DNA of 64,000 nt from Schizosaccharomyces osmophilus (taxonomy: Eukaryota). This document shows, one piece after another, positions 1 through 13,672 of this stretch. Location of the stretch: contig NC_079239.1 of assembly GCF_027921745.1 (NCBI RefSeq), forward strand, positions 1,116,001-1,180,000. Reading direction: 5' to 3'. The position numbers were made by a program, and so were the translations under genes. Each line of letters begins with the position of its first letter. The first letter of the stretch is position 1. The notes under the pieces are model-generated. The model was not told where the DNA came from. It saw only the letters and a list, made by a program, of their open reading frames with translations, and ran no database searches.

Positions 1-3000
1 GTCAGTAAGGACATCACCGCAACCATTGCTCAGTTCGGATCTTATCAGTCTAGCATCATCATCATGCAAAAATGGGGATTTTGAAGATAATACTGCCGAA
101 ATACTCAGAGCAGGTTCTGTAAACCCAAATATAGAGGCCAAAACTAAAAGTTTGCCTAGCTTCAAATCCACGGGCAAAGCAACCTGACTGTTAGCAACAA
201 ACGCAATATTAGTAAAAAACCTACCAAATACTCTCCTAGTCCCGTGAGTTCTTCATTTTCATTCAAGGCACCAACCTGGATTAACTTCTCTATGGCAGTA
301 TCAACTGCTTGATCAGTAGGAGGATCCAAAAGACACTGCATAAATTTTTTAACGGCTCCTTGTCTGTCTGAATCTTTATTGCTGGTAAAACGACTCACTA
401 AAGGTATGATGCTCAAACAAACCTGGGATAAGGCCGTTCGAAGCACGTCGGGGGGAGTCTCATCAACCATTCCTTTCTTTTCAAATCCTCTTGTGTATAA
501 CTTGAAGCATTTTCCTTTCTGAACACGACCTGCTCTACCTCTTCGTTGTCTGCAAGCAGCCCTGGATGCCCATGTTTCTTTAAAAGTTACCAAATCTCGA
601 TCAAGATCGTAGTCAATTTGTTTCACTCTTCCACTATCAATAACTGCCACAACGTCGTTAATTGTGATTGAAGTCTCTGCAACATTTGTCGAACAAATGA
701 CCTTTCTTTTCTTATACGATTTAAAGACTTTCCTTTGATCGGTGGTATTCAAAGAAGCATGAAGAGGAAGAACTTCAAGTCCATCTCCACATTTTCGTTT
801 AATTTCTTGCATGCAACGGTTGATGTTTGAAACGCCCGGTAGAAAGATCAAAATGCTACCCTTGTTCAAGCCAAGTTCAGTATCAATTTGGTTTACGACT
901 TGAGATATGAGATTATAGTCAACTTCGTATGAGCTCTTATTTCTTTTCGCAATTTCGTCGTTTGAATCCTCATCTTTCAGAAAACTGAAGTCTTCGATGT
1001 AAAAATCTTCAATGGGATAAGTTCTGCCTTCAATATGTAAATGCTTGGATTTGGGAAAGTACGACGTAAACCTTTCAGCATTCACGGTTGCACTCATAAG
1101 CACAATCTTCAAGTTGGGTATACGAGGCAAAACAAGTTTCAGTAAGGCAAGAAGTATATCGTTCTCTATGGATCTTTCATGTACCTCGTCTACAACAATG
1201 CATGATAGAGTACGAAGGTATGCTAGGCCATGCAACTGAATCCTTCTTAGTAGCAAACCAGTAGTGCAAAATTCTAGTAAGGTTTCTTTCGAAAGGCATT
1301 TATCTCCGTGCACACTATAACCAACTTCTTTTCCCAAAGAAGTAGCTCTTTCATAAGAAACTCTTTCAGCTAAACTGATTGCTGAAATTCTCCTAGGTTG
1401 AGTACAAATAACATTAGCAATATTACCGTGTCCTTCCGAGAGGAAGTGATCCAAAATGAATTGAACTACTTGAGTAGATTTACCGCTTCCTGTCTCACCG
1501 CTTATAACTATTGACTGACAGCTTTGTATGTGCGATAGTACAGTTCCTTTTGACTTGAAAGCAGGAAGGGTTTCTCTATCTTTTGTTCTTTGTAAATATT
1601 CTGGATTTTTTTGCCTTTGTAACCAAGCTTGGTAGATCTTCGTGTCAAATTCGTTATCACGTTTAAACAATTTCGGCTTTCGCGTATCCTTTTGCATATT
1701 GGATATCATATTTTTAGTCCTCAATACATCCGTTCCAATTGTAACCGAAGAAAGACTTAATAAAGGCTCGAGGTTCTTCAAAAACATTGTAATGTTTTCT
1801 TGAAAATAGTCGTATAACACGTCAAGCATAGGTTCCCCAATATAATTATGAGCATAAAGAAGCAGCTTTCTTACTATGCTTAGCTTTATATAGGATGCCA
1901 TTCTTTTAGTCGAGGATATAAATATTAAAGGTACGTTTTGAGGATAAGCATGAGCTGGCAGTTTAAATTCAATATAGACTTGCCCAAACTCGTCGGTCGG
2001 TGCATTGATCTTGATTTTACAAGAACCATCCTCTACAAGCACTTTATTTTGGTATATCGATTGCAAAGCTTCCGCCTCTTCTTTAAACAAACTTAAAGAT
2101 TCACTAGAGAATTCGGGGTTATCGGGATATTCCTTGTCAATTAAATGAAATTGTAAATATTCCGCTGCAGGTGCTAAATTATTTCCGAATCTTTGCAGAA
2201 CCGAAAAAGAGAAATCATAATTGTAACCAGACTCTGCAAAACCTACACTAAGTGATTAGCAAATGGGAACGATAATAAAGAAAGACTCTCTTACGCTTTG
2301 CGTTGTAATGAATAGCTAGTGTCTCAGAGTTATTGTTCTGAACTCGAACGCCAACATTATAGTCAGAAGGAAGAAATCTTTCAGGAAGATCATCTTCCGG
2401 AACATGAATAATTAACCATTCTAACGCCTCCTCTAAGGATGAGCAGTACTGACACGCTTCCTTCGCATGCAAATCTCGAAACCCAAGACTTACTAGATCT
2501 TTGACTATAAGTTTTTCAAGGTTTTCAAAAGCTCCTTTTTCCTCGTATGCATCCCAAATGTTCAACGACCGTAAGAGTGTTTCTATAGACTGACGATGAT
2601 TAAGGCTCATGTTGAGAGTAACGGCATGTTTGAAGTCGTACTTGGAAAATGCTGAAAGACGAGTTCCATCGGTGGACGAAAACGTAGGTTTTGGAAGCTT
2701 TGGGACAGGTGGTTTTGCCGAGGCTTGCTGATTTGCAGCGATCGCTGCTTCCCGTTCTTTTGCAGCTTTAAAGGGGTCCTCTTGGTAAAAATATTGTCTA
2801 TTGTTTTTCACATCTTCTTTCTTCTGTTTTTCCAAATTTACCCATATATCTCTAAAATTTGGAGGAAGTGCGTGCTGTAAAGATTTATGAGACAGAACCT
2901 ACAGATATATTTTGGTCAATTTCCCGCGTACAGACTTTATAACTTACCCTGTGTAATGCGTATACAGCTCCAACATTTCTAGCTTCTACCAGCGTCTCCT

Positions 3001-3461
3001 TCTCAGGAAACAAGTCTTTTTCGTAAAAGATTTTTGGAGGAGCCAGGTTAGCATGATCAAAAACAGACGCATTTTTTGGATCTCTTTTCGACAGCCGGAC
3101 GGATGTAAATATATATTTTTTGGATTTTGTTTGTTTCTTCATTACAGATATCATTAGAAATAGTTCGATTGAGTCAGTAGCTTTCACTTACCACCTGTAT
3201 ATCCGGTTTTTCCCATTTACTTTTTTGACAATGCTCATTTAATAAAACAGCAGGAATTTTACCAGTCCAAGAGCTGCCACCCACCAATTGCTTAGCGGTA
3301 GGGCGAGGTGCAGTACTGGGCTCCGTTTTATTTCCTACTATTTCTCGAGCTTCTTTCCCCCCTAGGCTGCCTTTCTTTTTGTCTTTGACGCTTTTATCAT
3401 TAGAATTCTTTTTGTCCACTATGCTTTCTGATGGGTTTCCCTTTTTCCCTTTTGGAGCCAT
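1..3461 (-). CDS. ucp12: DEAH-box ATP-dependent RNA helicase with UBA/RWD region (Ucp12/DHX57-like), multi-exon, 3' end outside window
   Basis: ORF pieces 3174-3461, 2885-3187, 2248-2835 and 162-2090 separated by GT..AG introns; motifs GETGSGKST, DEVHER, MSAT, STNVAETSIT, QRRGRAGR. Confidence 0.85.
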
Positions 3462-4196
3462 GCTCTATACAGTTATGGAGAATGACCAAAACGGGTTGTA
3501 CACTTTGAGAGTCATGTAGGATAATAGTCTTCAAACTTTCATGTGTTTTCAATTAACTAATTAACTTATGAATAGTAAATCAAATTATAGTCAGTTTAAA
3601 CTGTCTTTTAACATTTTGCATTCAAACTTCAACGCGAATAAAGTCAAAACCCTTCAGTTTTCAATATGCTGTGAATCTCCAAATAGAGTGAAATTGAAAA
3701 ATACAAAAAGAATTTCGTAGCTGCGCGAAGTACTAGTTAGTATAACTGTTTTCTATTAAAACTTTCAGTTTACACTCATCATAACAATTTAGCCTTTTTT
3801 TTTCTCAAGAGTAACATTAAAATAAATACTTTTTTAAAAATAAGAAGCACTTCCTCTTGCTTTAAATTGCTTGTTTAAGTATGCCTTTAGGAGAAGCAAT
3901 TTTTTGAGGCTTCATCATTTTGAAAAAAATCAAATCTTAAAAGCTAAGTATTGTATAGTAAAAAAGAATAAATAAAAGAAGGCATTTGCTAATATTTAGC
4001 TAGTTCGCCTATATTTCTTGCACTCTAGCAGACTTACTCTCTACAACAAACTACCCTATTTCTAGTATATAATTTGAGAGCTTTGTAGCAAAGCTTTTCT
4101 TCATATAATACTACTCTTTATATTTTTAATTGGGGTTTTTTGACTTGTGAAGGATTTTGGGACCAATTCTTTTGATATATTGAATTTTTGAATAAA

Positions 4197-6575
4197 ATGG
4201 CTAGGGGAAGACGCGCAAATCAACGCGATGCCGATTTGGATTTAGAAAACATCCAAGACGAGATTGAAGAAGTTAAACCGGCTCCCAAGCCGAAGACGAA
4301 GAAGAACAAAAAGGCTACCAAGAAATCCGAAGCTGTTCTTGATGAAGAATCTGACTCGAAATCCAATGGAAGCCAGAATCAAGAAGAGGAGGAAGACGTT
4401 TCTCCTCCCAAGAAGTCTTCCGGTCAAAACAAAAAGCCAGTGAATGCCTTTGCCGCATTCGCTGACGAGCAGGAAGATGAAGAAGAGTCCGAGTCAGAAG
4501 ACTCTGGGGTTGATGAAGATCCCAAAAAGAAAAAGAAGAGTGGCAAGAAAGCAAGCCGTAAGAATGCTTTCGACTCTTTAAACGAAGGCATGGATGAAAT
4601 GTCCTTAAAGGATGAGGAGAAAGAAGAGTCTTCTACTTCCAAAAAGGAAAAGAAAAAATCCAAGAAGTCTGATGAACCTAAGAAGGATCGCAAAACTCGC
4701 AAGAAAGAAGAGAAGGCTCAAAAGATCGCTTCTCTTGTGGAATCTAAGGAGGAAAATGATTCTGCCGGTAACGGACCTCTTAATCAAAACCAAAATTTGA
4801 AGGATGGCTTGCTTTCTGGACGACTTATTTTTGCTTATGCTTCTGGACAGAAAGTTTCTGCTGACGGTTCTGATCCATCGGCCGGTATCACCGTTACCGG
4901 TAATTTACTCAGTCCTCCCAACAGCCGTGACTTACAAGTAGAAAAATTATCAGTATCTGCGTATGGTAAACATCTTATTAAGGACTCTGAACTTAGCTTA
5001 ATCAACGGTCGTCGATATGGTTTAATCGCGCCGAACGGTACCGGTAAGTCTACTTTACTTCACGCAATTGCATGTGGACAAATTCCTGCCCCACAATCCT
5101 TAGACTTTTATTTATTGGATCGTGAATATATGGGTAATTCACTTACCTGCGTTGAAGCAGTCTTAGACATCAACGAGCAAGAGCGTAAACATCTTGAAAC
5201 TATAATGGAAGACCTACTTGATGATCCAGATAAGAATGCTGTTGAGTTGGATACTATTCAAACTCGTTTAACTGAACTTGAAACTGACAATAGTGAGCAT
5301 CTCGTTTACAAGATTCTTAAAGGTTTACAATTTACTGATGAAATGATCTCCAAGCGAACTGAAGATCTCAGTGGTGGTTGGAGAATGCGTATCGCTTTGG
5401 CTCGTATTCTGTTCATTAAGCCTACTCTTATGATGCTTGACGAGCCTACAAATCACCTTGACCTCGAAGCAGTTGCATACTTGGAAGAATACTTAACTCA
5501 TGAAATGGAAGGTCATACTGTGTTGATTACCTGTCATACCCAAGACACTTTAAATGAGGTTTGTACCGATATCGTTCATCTCCACCATCACAAGCTTGAT
5601 TACTATTCTGGTAATTACGATGTATTTCTCAAGGTGCGTGGAGAGCGTGATGCGCAATTAGCTAAGAAGGCTCGTCAACAAGAAAAGGACATGTCTAAAT
5701 TACAAAACAAACTTAACATGACTGGAAGTGATCAGCAAAAGAAAGCTAAGGCTAAAGTGAAGGCTATGGATAAACGTCTTGAAAAAGACAAACAATCCGG
5801 CAAGGTTTTGGATGAAGAAATCATTCAAGAGAAACAACTGGTTATTCGCTTCCAGGAATGTGGTGGTGGTATACCATCTCCTGCTGTAAAATTCCAAGAC
5901 GTTTCCTTTAACTATCCTGAAGGCCCTACTATCTTCTCAAACTTGAACTTTGGTTTAGATTTGAATTCTAGAGTCGCTTTGGTAGGCCCTAATGGTGCTG
6001 GCAAGACTACATTGATTAGATTGATCCTTGAGAAGATTCAACCTACGGTTGGAAGCGTTGTTCATCATCACGGCCTTCGCTTGGCTTTGTTCAATCAACA
6101 CATGGGTGATCAATTGGATATGAGATTATCTGCAGTAGATTGGCTACGTACTAAATTCGGTAATAAGCCAGAAGGTGAAATGAGAAGAATTATTGGTCGT
6201 TACGGCCTTACTGGTAAAAGTCAAGTCATCCCTATGAGTCAGCTTTCTGATGGACAACGTCGTCGTGTTCTTTTTGCTTTCCTCGGTATGACTCAACCAC
6301 ACATTTTACTTCTTGATGAACCTACGAACGCTTTGGATATTGACACCATTGATGCTTTGGCTGATGCTCTGAACAACTTCGATGGTGGTGTTATTTTCAT
6401 TACCCACGACTTCCGTCTCATTGATCAAGTTGCTGAAGAAATTTGGGTCGTCAAGGATAATACTGTGAAAGAGTTTGATGGTGAAATCCGTGATTACAAG
6501 ATGATGCTTAAAGAGCAGATTGCCAAGGATAGAGAGAACGAAAAAGAAGTAGAATTGGCTAAACAAAAAAAGTAA
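4197..6575 (+). CDS. ABC-F family ATPase (two ABC domains, no TM segments, long K/E-rich N-terminus); translation/ribosome biogenesis
   Basis: ATG at 4197; Walker A APNGTGKS and GPNGAGKT, LSGGW signature, LDEPTN twice. Confidence 0.9.
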   Translation: MARGRRANQRDADLDLENIQDEIEEVKPAPKPKTKKNKKATKKSEAVLDEESDSKSNGSQNQEEEEDVSPPKKSSGQNKKPVNAFAAFADEQEDEEESESEDSGVDEDPKKKKKSGKKASRKNAFDSLNEGMDEMSLKDEEKEESSTSKKEKKKSKKSDEPKKDRKTRKKEEKAQKIASLVESKEENDSAGNGPLNQNQNLKDGLLSGRLIFAYASGQKVSADGSDPSAGITVTGNLLSPPNSRDLQVEKLSVSAYGKHLIKDSELSLINGRRYGLIAPNGTGKSTLLHAIACGQIPAPQSLDFYLLDREYMGNSLTCVEAVLDINEQERKHLETIMEDLLDDPDKNAVELDTIQTRLTELETDNSEHLVYKILKGLQFTDEMISKRTEDLSGGWRMRIALARILFIKPTLMMLDEPTNHLDLEAVAYLEEYLTHEMEGHTVLITCHTQDTLNEVCTDIVHLHHHKLDYYSGNYDVFLKVRGERDAQLAKKARQQEKDMSKLQNKLNMTGSDQQKKAKAKVKAMDKRLEKDKQSGKVLDEEIIQEKQLVIRFQECGGGIPSPAVKFQDVSFNYPEGPTIFSNLNFGLDLNSRVALVGPNGAGKTTLIRLILEKIQPTVGSVVHHHGLRLALFNQHMGDQLDMRLSAVDWLRTKFGNKPEGEMRRIIGRYGLTGKSQVIPMSQLSDGQRRRVLFAFLGMTQPHILLLDEPTNALDIDTIDALADALNNFDGGVIFITHDFRLIDQVAEEIWVVKDNTVKEFDGEIRDYKMMLKEQIAKDRENEKEVELAKQKK

Positions 6576-6926
6576 AGTCTTGAGATGATGATTAAGGTGT
6601 ATTTGGTTATTTTTTTCTAGGTGTTTGTTTAGTCGGCTGGTTTATTAATATTAAGATAAAAATAAGAATTATTTGACATTATACAAGTGTAATGATAATA
6701 TAATTTAAGTATTGTTTGTTCTGACAAAAGTCCTTAGCAAGCAAGTCATTCCTGTTCAAAAATTGAATTAAATTAAACTACTAAAATTATTATTTAATGC
6801 GAAGATTACAATAGTAAAAACTAAAAAACAGCTAATTCGTTTTAAGGCTTCTTATATTTCTCCATTCCTGTCATATTTCACCGAATTACTGTACTACACT
6901 TAGGCTTCAAACTGCCAATTAGTAAA

Positions 6927-8671
6927 ATGCATCTCAAATCTTGTTTTTTTCTGGCGTCGTTAGTTAGTAGTTTAATTCCTTTTACAAATGCCAAGCTTTC
7001 AATAAGAGGTATTAGCGAAAACGGTATGTCCATTGTTAGTAGTGATTTCCATGCCTGTTAACTATTGAAGAATTGCATCTATATAAACCAAATGCGGAGG
7101 GACGATGGAAATGTTTAGGAAGTGATATAACGATTAATCTTGAACAAATTAATGGTAAGAACACTGGAAGAGCTCGTGCCGATACTAACAGATTTTTGTA
7201 AGATGACTACTGTGATTGCCCAGACGGATCTGACGAACCTGGTATGATTTTTCTACTTAAAACTGTATTAACTGGTTTTAAGGAACTTCGGCTTGTTCAA
7301 ACGGCAAGTTTTTCTGCAAAAACGATGGTTATATTAGCAAGTACATTCCTTCAAATCGGGTTGATGACACAAAGTGCGACTGCTGCGATGGTTCCGATGA
7401 GTCTTTGGTAAAGTGTGAAAATACGTGCAAGGAAGAAGCAGAAAATTATAAGCGTTCTTTGGAGAAACATAATCAGCTTGTGAGTGACGGCCTAAAGATT
7501 CGAGATGACTGGGTAGCTCAAAGTGCTGAATTGAAGAAGGAAGCAAAGAAAAAGTACGATTCAGTAACTTGGAAAATTACAGAACTCGAAAAGACGAAAC
7601 AAAACCTTGAGAATACAGTGAAAGCGCTAAAGGAGTCTGCTGATTCAGATAGCAGATCCATTCTTTCTAATGATTTAGAAGAAATTAAAGTTGATTTATA
7701 CGATTTACTCGATGAAAGAAATGAGTATAACGAACGTCTGAATGCTTTGGAGAATCTTTTAGACGAGATAACTCTTCAGTATGAAACAGATAACTTTGAA
7801 GCTACGTTGAAAGAAGCTATAGACTCTTGGGAAGACATAAGGTCTCAAAATGTGAAGAAGAAGGTTGCTTCAGAAAAAATCCATAATGATTTGAAATCAT
7901 CTATCGCACATCTTGCTCGAATTGCTAAAGAAGAAGGTACCAAAAATTGCTTCTGAAATTCAAAGTTATTAACGAGCTTAGCTACCTACTTTGGCTTCTT
8001 TAAAAAAATTGAAAAGGACTTAACGGACGTATACTGGAATGTGAAACGCTCTTTGATTGATTTCGGAATATTAAGTCCTAGTATTCCTGCCACATCATTA
8101 AAAAATACAGGTGGTATGAAAATCTTTTTCTTTGCCTTTCTAACTGTTAAATTTTAGGCTTTTACTTGGAAAATGTTCAATCCGACTTAGATGAGGCAGA
8201 AGTTGAACTGGAAGAGTTACAAAAAGAACAGACTGCTCTTCTTGAAGAATTACAAGAGCACCATAATGGTTGGGATAATCTGTATCGGTTTTTGAAAGGA
8301 ATGACAACAGAACGCAAAGTTGGTGACTATATATACAAAGTTGTTTTCTTTGGAAATGTTCTTCAAAATTCTGTTGATTTAGGGTATGAGTACTTTTTTC
8401 TGATTTTTAAAATATTGCTAATAATGCCAGAAATTTTGTGGAGCAAAATGGAAATACGTTGAAATACTCTAATGGCCAAAGTTGTTGGAACGGTCCCGAT
8501 CGATCTGCTAGAGTTTTTGTTGAATGTGGAATTGAGAACGAGATTGTTAGTGTTCTAGAAGCTCAGAAATGTGAGTACAGTATAAAGATGAAAAGTCCAG
8601 CAGCTTGTTCGGCATCTCAATTTCAGACATCCTTGTTGAAGAATGGCAACGATGATCCTGATGAGCTTTGA
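6927..8671 (+). CDS. gbs1: Glucosidase II beta subunit, multi-intron
   Basis: Signal peptide MHLKSCFFLASL..., LDLa-like DDYCDCPDGSDEPG and CDCCDGSDE, MRH domain YSNGQSCWNGPDRS, C-terminal DEL ER-retention-like end. Confidence 0.88.
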
Positions 8672-9350
8672 AACGATTACTTTTAGCTAATTTTAAAAAA
8701 TGTAACAAGATAAATTTAATGAATTAATAATTTCTATCAACATCTGCTTCGTTAATGGATGCAGAAAATAAAGGACTTTCTTAATTCACTCGTCCGAATA
8801 GGTTATAAACAAACACAACTTATGTTACAATCAACTCAATGAAAAAAGGACATAAGTATATGAACTTTAAGACTATGTATATTTATTAGTGTAATGATAC
8901 TTTGTTGAGACTATGTAACGAGCGACATTATAATACACTTACGAGTTCGGTTGTTTTCGACCCATAAACGACTTCAAGCCTAATGCGATTAGAAGGGGCG
9001 TATGTATACAGGGCGACATGCAACTTTAACCAACAACTTAAAAATGTAATCGAAGGAAACATAAAACGCAAGTGAGGGGATACTGGACACTGAAAGACAA
9101 ACATAAAAGTGAAAATGTTCACCAACGAGTATAAGAGTGAAAAAATCAACGGGCAAAATAGGATGGAGACCTGAACAATGAATATGCTAGCGCGGTAAAA
9201 AGATAATTGAATACTAGTTTCACAACCATCCTCGTATTGCTCGATAATTAAATAACTCCATTTATATAAAAGAAAATGGTAAAGGCGGTATTTTAAAACG
9301 AAATTCGGGTAGGCAAGCAAGAAAGAAAAGAAGAACTAAAACGAATAAAA

Positions 9351-10217
9351 TCAATGTTTGTTGTGGTTGCCGACCACGGGAATCAATACACCGCAAAGAA
9401 CAGCGACTAAAATACAAACGATAAGTATGCAAACACCGAAGCAAATCCATTTCTTCCTTCTAGCATCTCTGGCACTCTTAATGGCACGGTCCATATGTTG
9501 CGTACCCTCACCCATATTTGTTCTTACGTTGACGGCATCAGTAACAATTTTATCAACGGCAGGTTCTTGCTCCTGAACCATGGTAGCCATGTCTTGAAAC
9601 AATTGAGCAAGTTCAGCGATAGTACGTTCAATCTTTTTAATGTCTGCATGACGTTCCTGTACTTCTCGAAGTGCAGTTCTGGCTTCACCAGAACGATTGG
9701 AGCGTAGCAAAGCCTGAGCGAAGACCTGACCGCCGTTTTCTTCACTGATTGCGGTTTGGAAATCTTCTTCAGTAGCTCTAGGGTTAGCAATTTCGAGTTG
9801 GCGGCGCATGCGTTGCTCGTATTGTGCACGATAAGTCTTCTCAATTTGCAAAAAGTGTCGGATCTGATCCATAAATTTCTTCTTAACAGCTTCAGTTTGA
9901 GTTTTTCTAGTAGCGGTGTCATTGTCAGGAGGCAGCTGCATGTTTTGTGACTCCAAAGATCGAATTGCCAATTGTACACTGGTTTGCAAACGACGGGTAT
10001 CAGCAGTAAATCCTTCTAGCTGGCGTGTAGTAGCAGCGATGTTGGATTCGTCAACTTCCTGGAGAGATTGTTGATGCAGCATTTCTATTCTGCCAACATT
10101 GTCCTCAATTTGTCGAATGGCATCTCGTATATGATCAATTTCCTCAAAGAACTCTCCCATGCTAAGTGGAATCATTTCCACCCCAAGGGAGTAATCAGTC
10201 TCCTTGTTAGCATTCAT
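9351..10217 (-). CDS. psy1: Plasma-membrane syntaxin t-SNARE (Sso/Psy1)
   Basis: Habc plus SNARE motif EVQERHADIKKIERTIAELAQLFQDM and C-terminal TM; likely ATG at 10217. Confidence 0.92.
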   Translation of the reverse strand: MNANKETDYSLGVEMIPLSMGEFFEEIDHIRDAIRQIEDNVGRIEMLHQQSLQEVDESNIAATTRQLEGFTADTRRLQTSVQLAIRSLESQNMQLPPDNDTATRKTQTEAVKKKFMDQIRHFLQIEKTYRAQYEQRMRRQLEIANPRATEEDFQTAISEENGGQVFAQALLRSNRSGEARTALREVQERHADIKKIERTIAELAQLFQDMATMVQEQEPAVDKIVTDAVNVRTNMGEGTQHMDRAIKSARDARRKKWICFGVCILIVCILVAVLCGVLIPVVGNHNKH

Positions 10218-10746
10218 TTTGCACCAATTAAATACTATTTTAGGTGCTAAAGAAATACTTAGGTGCTTTTTGTTGTTGGTGAAAGTCAAGTTTGTTTTCA
10301 ATACAGGAACAAAGCAAATCACTTGTTATTGCCTAGCGTACTGTACCGTAGCAATATAAAATAATTACACCTGTCACCATAGTCTATATACTAAAGTTCA
10401 TTATAATTCGTTAAATGTTTAAACAAATGCAACGTTAACGTTAAAAAACTTAAAGAGACTTAAGTTTTGGTACTCTTAATAAACAAATACCTTAGTTAGC
10501 TCTATGCAGAATTCATTAAGCTCTGCAATTTGAGCAAGGTCAATTAATTAAATTACTTTTTTTTAGAAGTTCTAACACAGAGTAGAATGTCTATATTAAG
10601 AAATGAGTGGATTTTGTCTGTCATCAGGTTCCTAAATAGTATTTTCACAAAGCAAAGCAGACAATTTCGTAAATTTGTGTAGTGCTTTCATCCTATATAT
10701 GAATTCAAAAAAACCATTGAAGCCTTGCCGTTGTTCCTGTTAATTT

Positions 10747-11307
10747 TTATACACGCGTGTATAAGATGTAGTAATCTGGATGAACAACTTTACCAGATCG
10801 AAACATTTTTGACTGAGGAGATGTTGCATGCGGTGAAAAATGAAATTGACGATAGAATTTGAGAGCTTGCTCATTTTTACCAAAGACGGTCAGAAAGACA
10901 TACGGGATTTGTCTTCGCTCAGCGATGCGTAGTAGCTGTTTCATAAGCCAAGATCCACATCCTTTTCTTCTCATCTTCATTGTAATCTGAAGTTCATATA
11001 AGTAAAGACATGGAAGATCGGCTTCGACTGTCTCTTCAAAACTCATAAAACCAACCAACTCATGCCGTTCGGTACTATATAAACAGACATAGCGAAGAGT
11101 ATCCATGCTCATCTCTCTCCATTTTTCTCCTTCATCCCATCTTAAAACGCTGTTTTCATAAAGGCATTGCATGTTTTCCTTGACTAAAGCAAAACATTCT
11201 TTCAATGCATTGTTTTCCATTAATGAAAAAAACTCCATAGTCAAGCCATTTTTTTCTAAATACGCTTCATCACTAATATTCCATTTTTGCTTTGTTTTGT
11301 CGGTCAT
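10747..11307 (-). CDS. naa40: N-alpha-acetyltransferase 40 (NatD, GNAT fold)
   Basis: YLYELQI...RRKGCGSWLM, LTVFGKNEQALKFY GNAT motifs; start position uncertain. Confidence 0.8.
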   Translation of the reverse strand: MTDKTKQKWNISDEAYLEKNGLTMEFFSLMENNALKECFALVKENMQCLYENSVLRWDEGEKWREMSMDTLRYVCLYSTERHELVGFMSFEETVEADLPCLYLYELQITMKMRRKGCGSWLMKQLLRIAERRQIPYVFLTVFGKNEQALKFYRQFHFSPHATSPQSKMFRSGKVVHPDYYILYTRV

Positions 11308-11691
11308 TTCCTAGTGGGTTAAAGCACAATGTGGCCTAGGTCAGTGTCTGCTCTATTTATCTTTAGACATCGCTCTGAAAACTCTCATTTTTGGCAGTCC
11401 TGAATGTATCAGGACCTTCAAAGTTGTTTTTCATTCATAGTTGTTTTACATCAATTCGTATTATTTACGGGTAGTACTGACTCAAGCAGTATTTCGGAGT
11501 CAAGTAACACAAAACTGAATACTACTCAGATGGTTTAACAAGAGTGCGAGTCAATCTACTCCTTATATACTTAATAAACCCCTTCTCACTCTATATTGTG
11601 TCACCGTAATCAGAGTGGGCAACTATACGTTTGTAAAACCATTAATCATAACATTGTCAGATAGCTTCTATTCTTAATTTCGATTGGGAAT

Positions 11692-12726
11692 TTATCTCTC
11701 AGAAAACCTTTCTTCTTCACCCTCATAAGGTGAACGACTACGGTGTCTCTTGGAATAGTAGTCAGAGTCCCGCCTTTCAGGTCTTGATCTTCCGAACTCA
11801 TCAAACTCATCATGTCTTTTATGAGCACCCGCTGGATGATGAGAAGAACGATAGCTTCGTGAACTACTGCGGCCTGCATAGGGACGCTCATGGGGGTCAG
11901 CCTCATGCCTGCTTTTATGGTGTCGACGTGGTGACCTTTCTCTCTCGTAGGATGATCTTTCGCGAATTTCTCTTCGTGGAAACCTTTGAGGTTCTCGTCT
12001 ATGTCGCACTTTAGACCGTTCTCTAGTATCCCACTGTCGATCTTCTCTGGAAGTACGCTCTTCGGTTGGATGTAAAGAGCGATCAATCTCTTTTCTGGCT
12101 TCAGATTCCGAAACGTCTCTTTGGCTCTAGCTGATTTAGTACTTGTTGATCGTTTCAGCGAACTTACCCGAAGTTTAGAAAGTTCTTCTTTCTTTTCCTG
12201 GATGAACTTTTCAGGAATCCCATAAGGATTCTGAGAAGCCGATAATATTAATAACCATAGCCCTTCCGTAAATTCAGGCGCCTTGCTTTCCAAAAACCCC
12301 GTGAGATTTATTTGAACTTTTTTAGGATCTAAAGCAGACTCATTATGGGAATCGGTGTTTTTCGATGCCTCAACAGCCTCTTCTAGCATGCTATACACGA
12401 AATCAATCACTACCTCATCTTCAAATCCTATAAGCTCGATTAACCGATTAGCTATCCAGGGCTTTAGTACCTCAATATTTATTTTTTTCATATCCACCTT
12501 TCATATGAAGTTAGCATTTACTTTCTAGTCTTTGAAGGATGTTCAGGTTTGCCATCTGTATATGCACTCATACCTTTGTACCAAAGCTAGGTGGAAATCT
12601 CGTGTTTCGCATCAATTTCTTGTCAGCACTAGTATATAACGTTTCTTGTTCAGCACCAACGCCCTTAGAACAGTTAGTATATAAGGTTAAAATTCAGAAC
12701 CTCCATACTTTGTAAAAACCACTCAT
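11692..12726 (-). CDS. pwi1: PWI-domain RS-rich splicing coactivator (SRRM1-like), spliced
   Basis: MSGFYK start at 12726, PWI domain VDMKKINIEVLKPWIA..GFEDEVVIDFV, RS/RE-rich last exon 11692-12009. Confidence 0.82.
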
Positions 12727-13095
12727 TTCGAAATGATAATGTGTTTCTATATGTATTCTGATATTATAAAATAAATAAAAACCCTGAAAAGATGCTTTAA
12801 TGTGTGAGAACTGTTGAAGTTCAATTCGTTAAATAATCGGGTTTTAAAATGGCTCTTACTATACACTCAACCAATACCTCGTTCATATAAACACTAGAAA
12901 CGAGGGCGTTGCCGTTGTTTTCATGACTACATAAAATTTACAAACTTTCATTTACGACGTAGACAATTCTTTTTCTGTGAATGAGAAATTAGGTTTCTTA
13001 CTAGCTATACATTTTCGCTTCAAGTACTGTATTATACCACCAGAAGTGTCGAATCCAAATTTTTAAGTTCTACAAAGTTATGATGACTATTTAAT

Positions 13096-13599
13096 TTATT
13101 TCTTCTTAGAGACACCAACAGTCTTACCACGGCGGCCAGTAGTCTTGGTATGTTGACCACGGACACGAAGGTCGAGAGCGTGACGAAGACCACGGTGAGT
13201 TTGGATCTTCTTAAGACGTTCAAGATCTTCACGGAGTTTACCCTCAACGTTGTTGGAGAGCAATTGGTGAGACTTGCCGTCGTTAATATCCTTTTGACGG
13301 TTAAGGAACCAAGTAGGGATCTTGAATTGAGTAGGGTTTTGAACGATGGTAACAAGACGCTCCAACTCTTCAGTGGTAAGTTCACCAGCACGCTTAGACA
13401 TGTCTACATCAGCCTTCTTGCAGACGATGTTGGCGTAACGACGACCGACACCCTTGATTTGAGTCATGGCGTACATGACCTTATGCTTGCCGTCAACATT
13501 GGTGTTGAGAAGACGGAGAATGTGTTGAAACTACACAGATTAGTACAGCTCATTTGTTTTATTTCATTTACTTACGTTCTCGGGTGGAACAAGAGACAT
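13096..13599 (-). CDS. rps18: 40S ribosomal protein S18 (uS13), one intron
   Basis: MSLVPPEN / [11 protein letters not shown]...[23 protein letters not shown]. Confidence 0.96.
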
Positions 13600-13664
13600 G
13601 TTGTGATACCGGCTAATGCGCTGTGGGTAAAGTTTTACACGGAAGGATGTTTGTGTTGTCAAGT

Positions 13665-13672
13665 TGTGACTG
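13665..13672 (-). promoter_or_regulatory. HomolD box (CAGTCACA) of the ribosomal protein gene promoter
   Basis: TGTGACTG on + strand, about 70 bp upstream of the rps18 ATG; established fission-yeast RP promoter element. Confidence 0.75.

Noticed and set aside
8928..9320. 130-aa minus-strand ORF downstream of psy1
   Set aside because: Non-ATG start, lies in the probable psy1 3' UTR, and has no recognisable motif.
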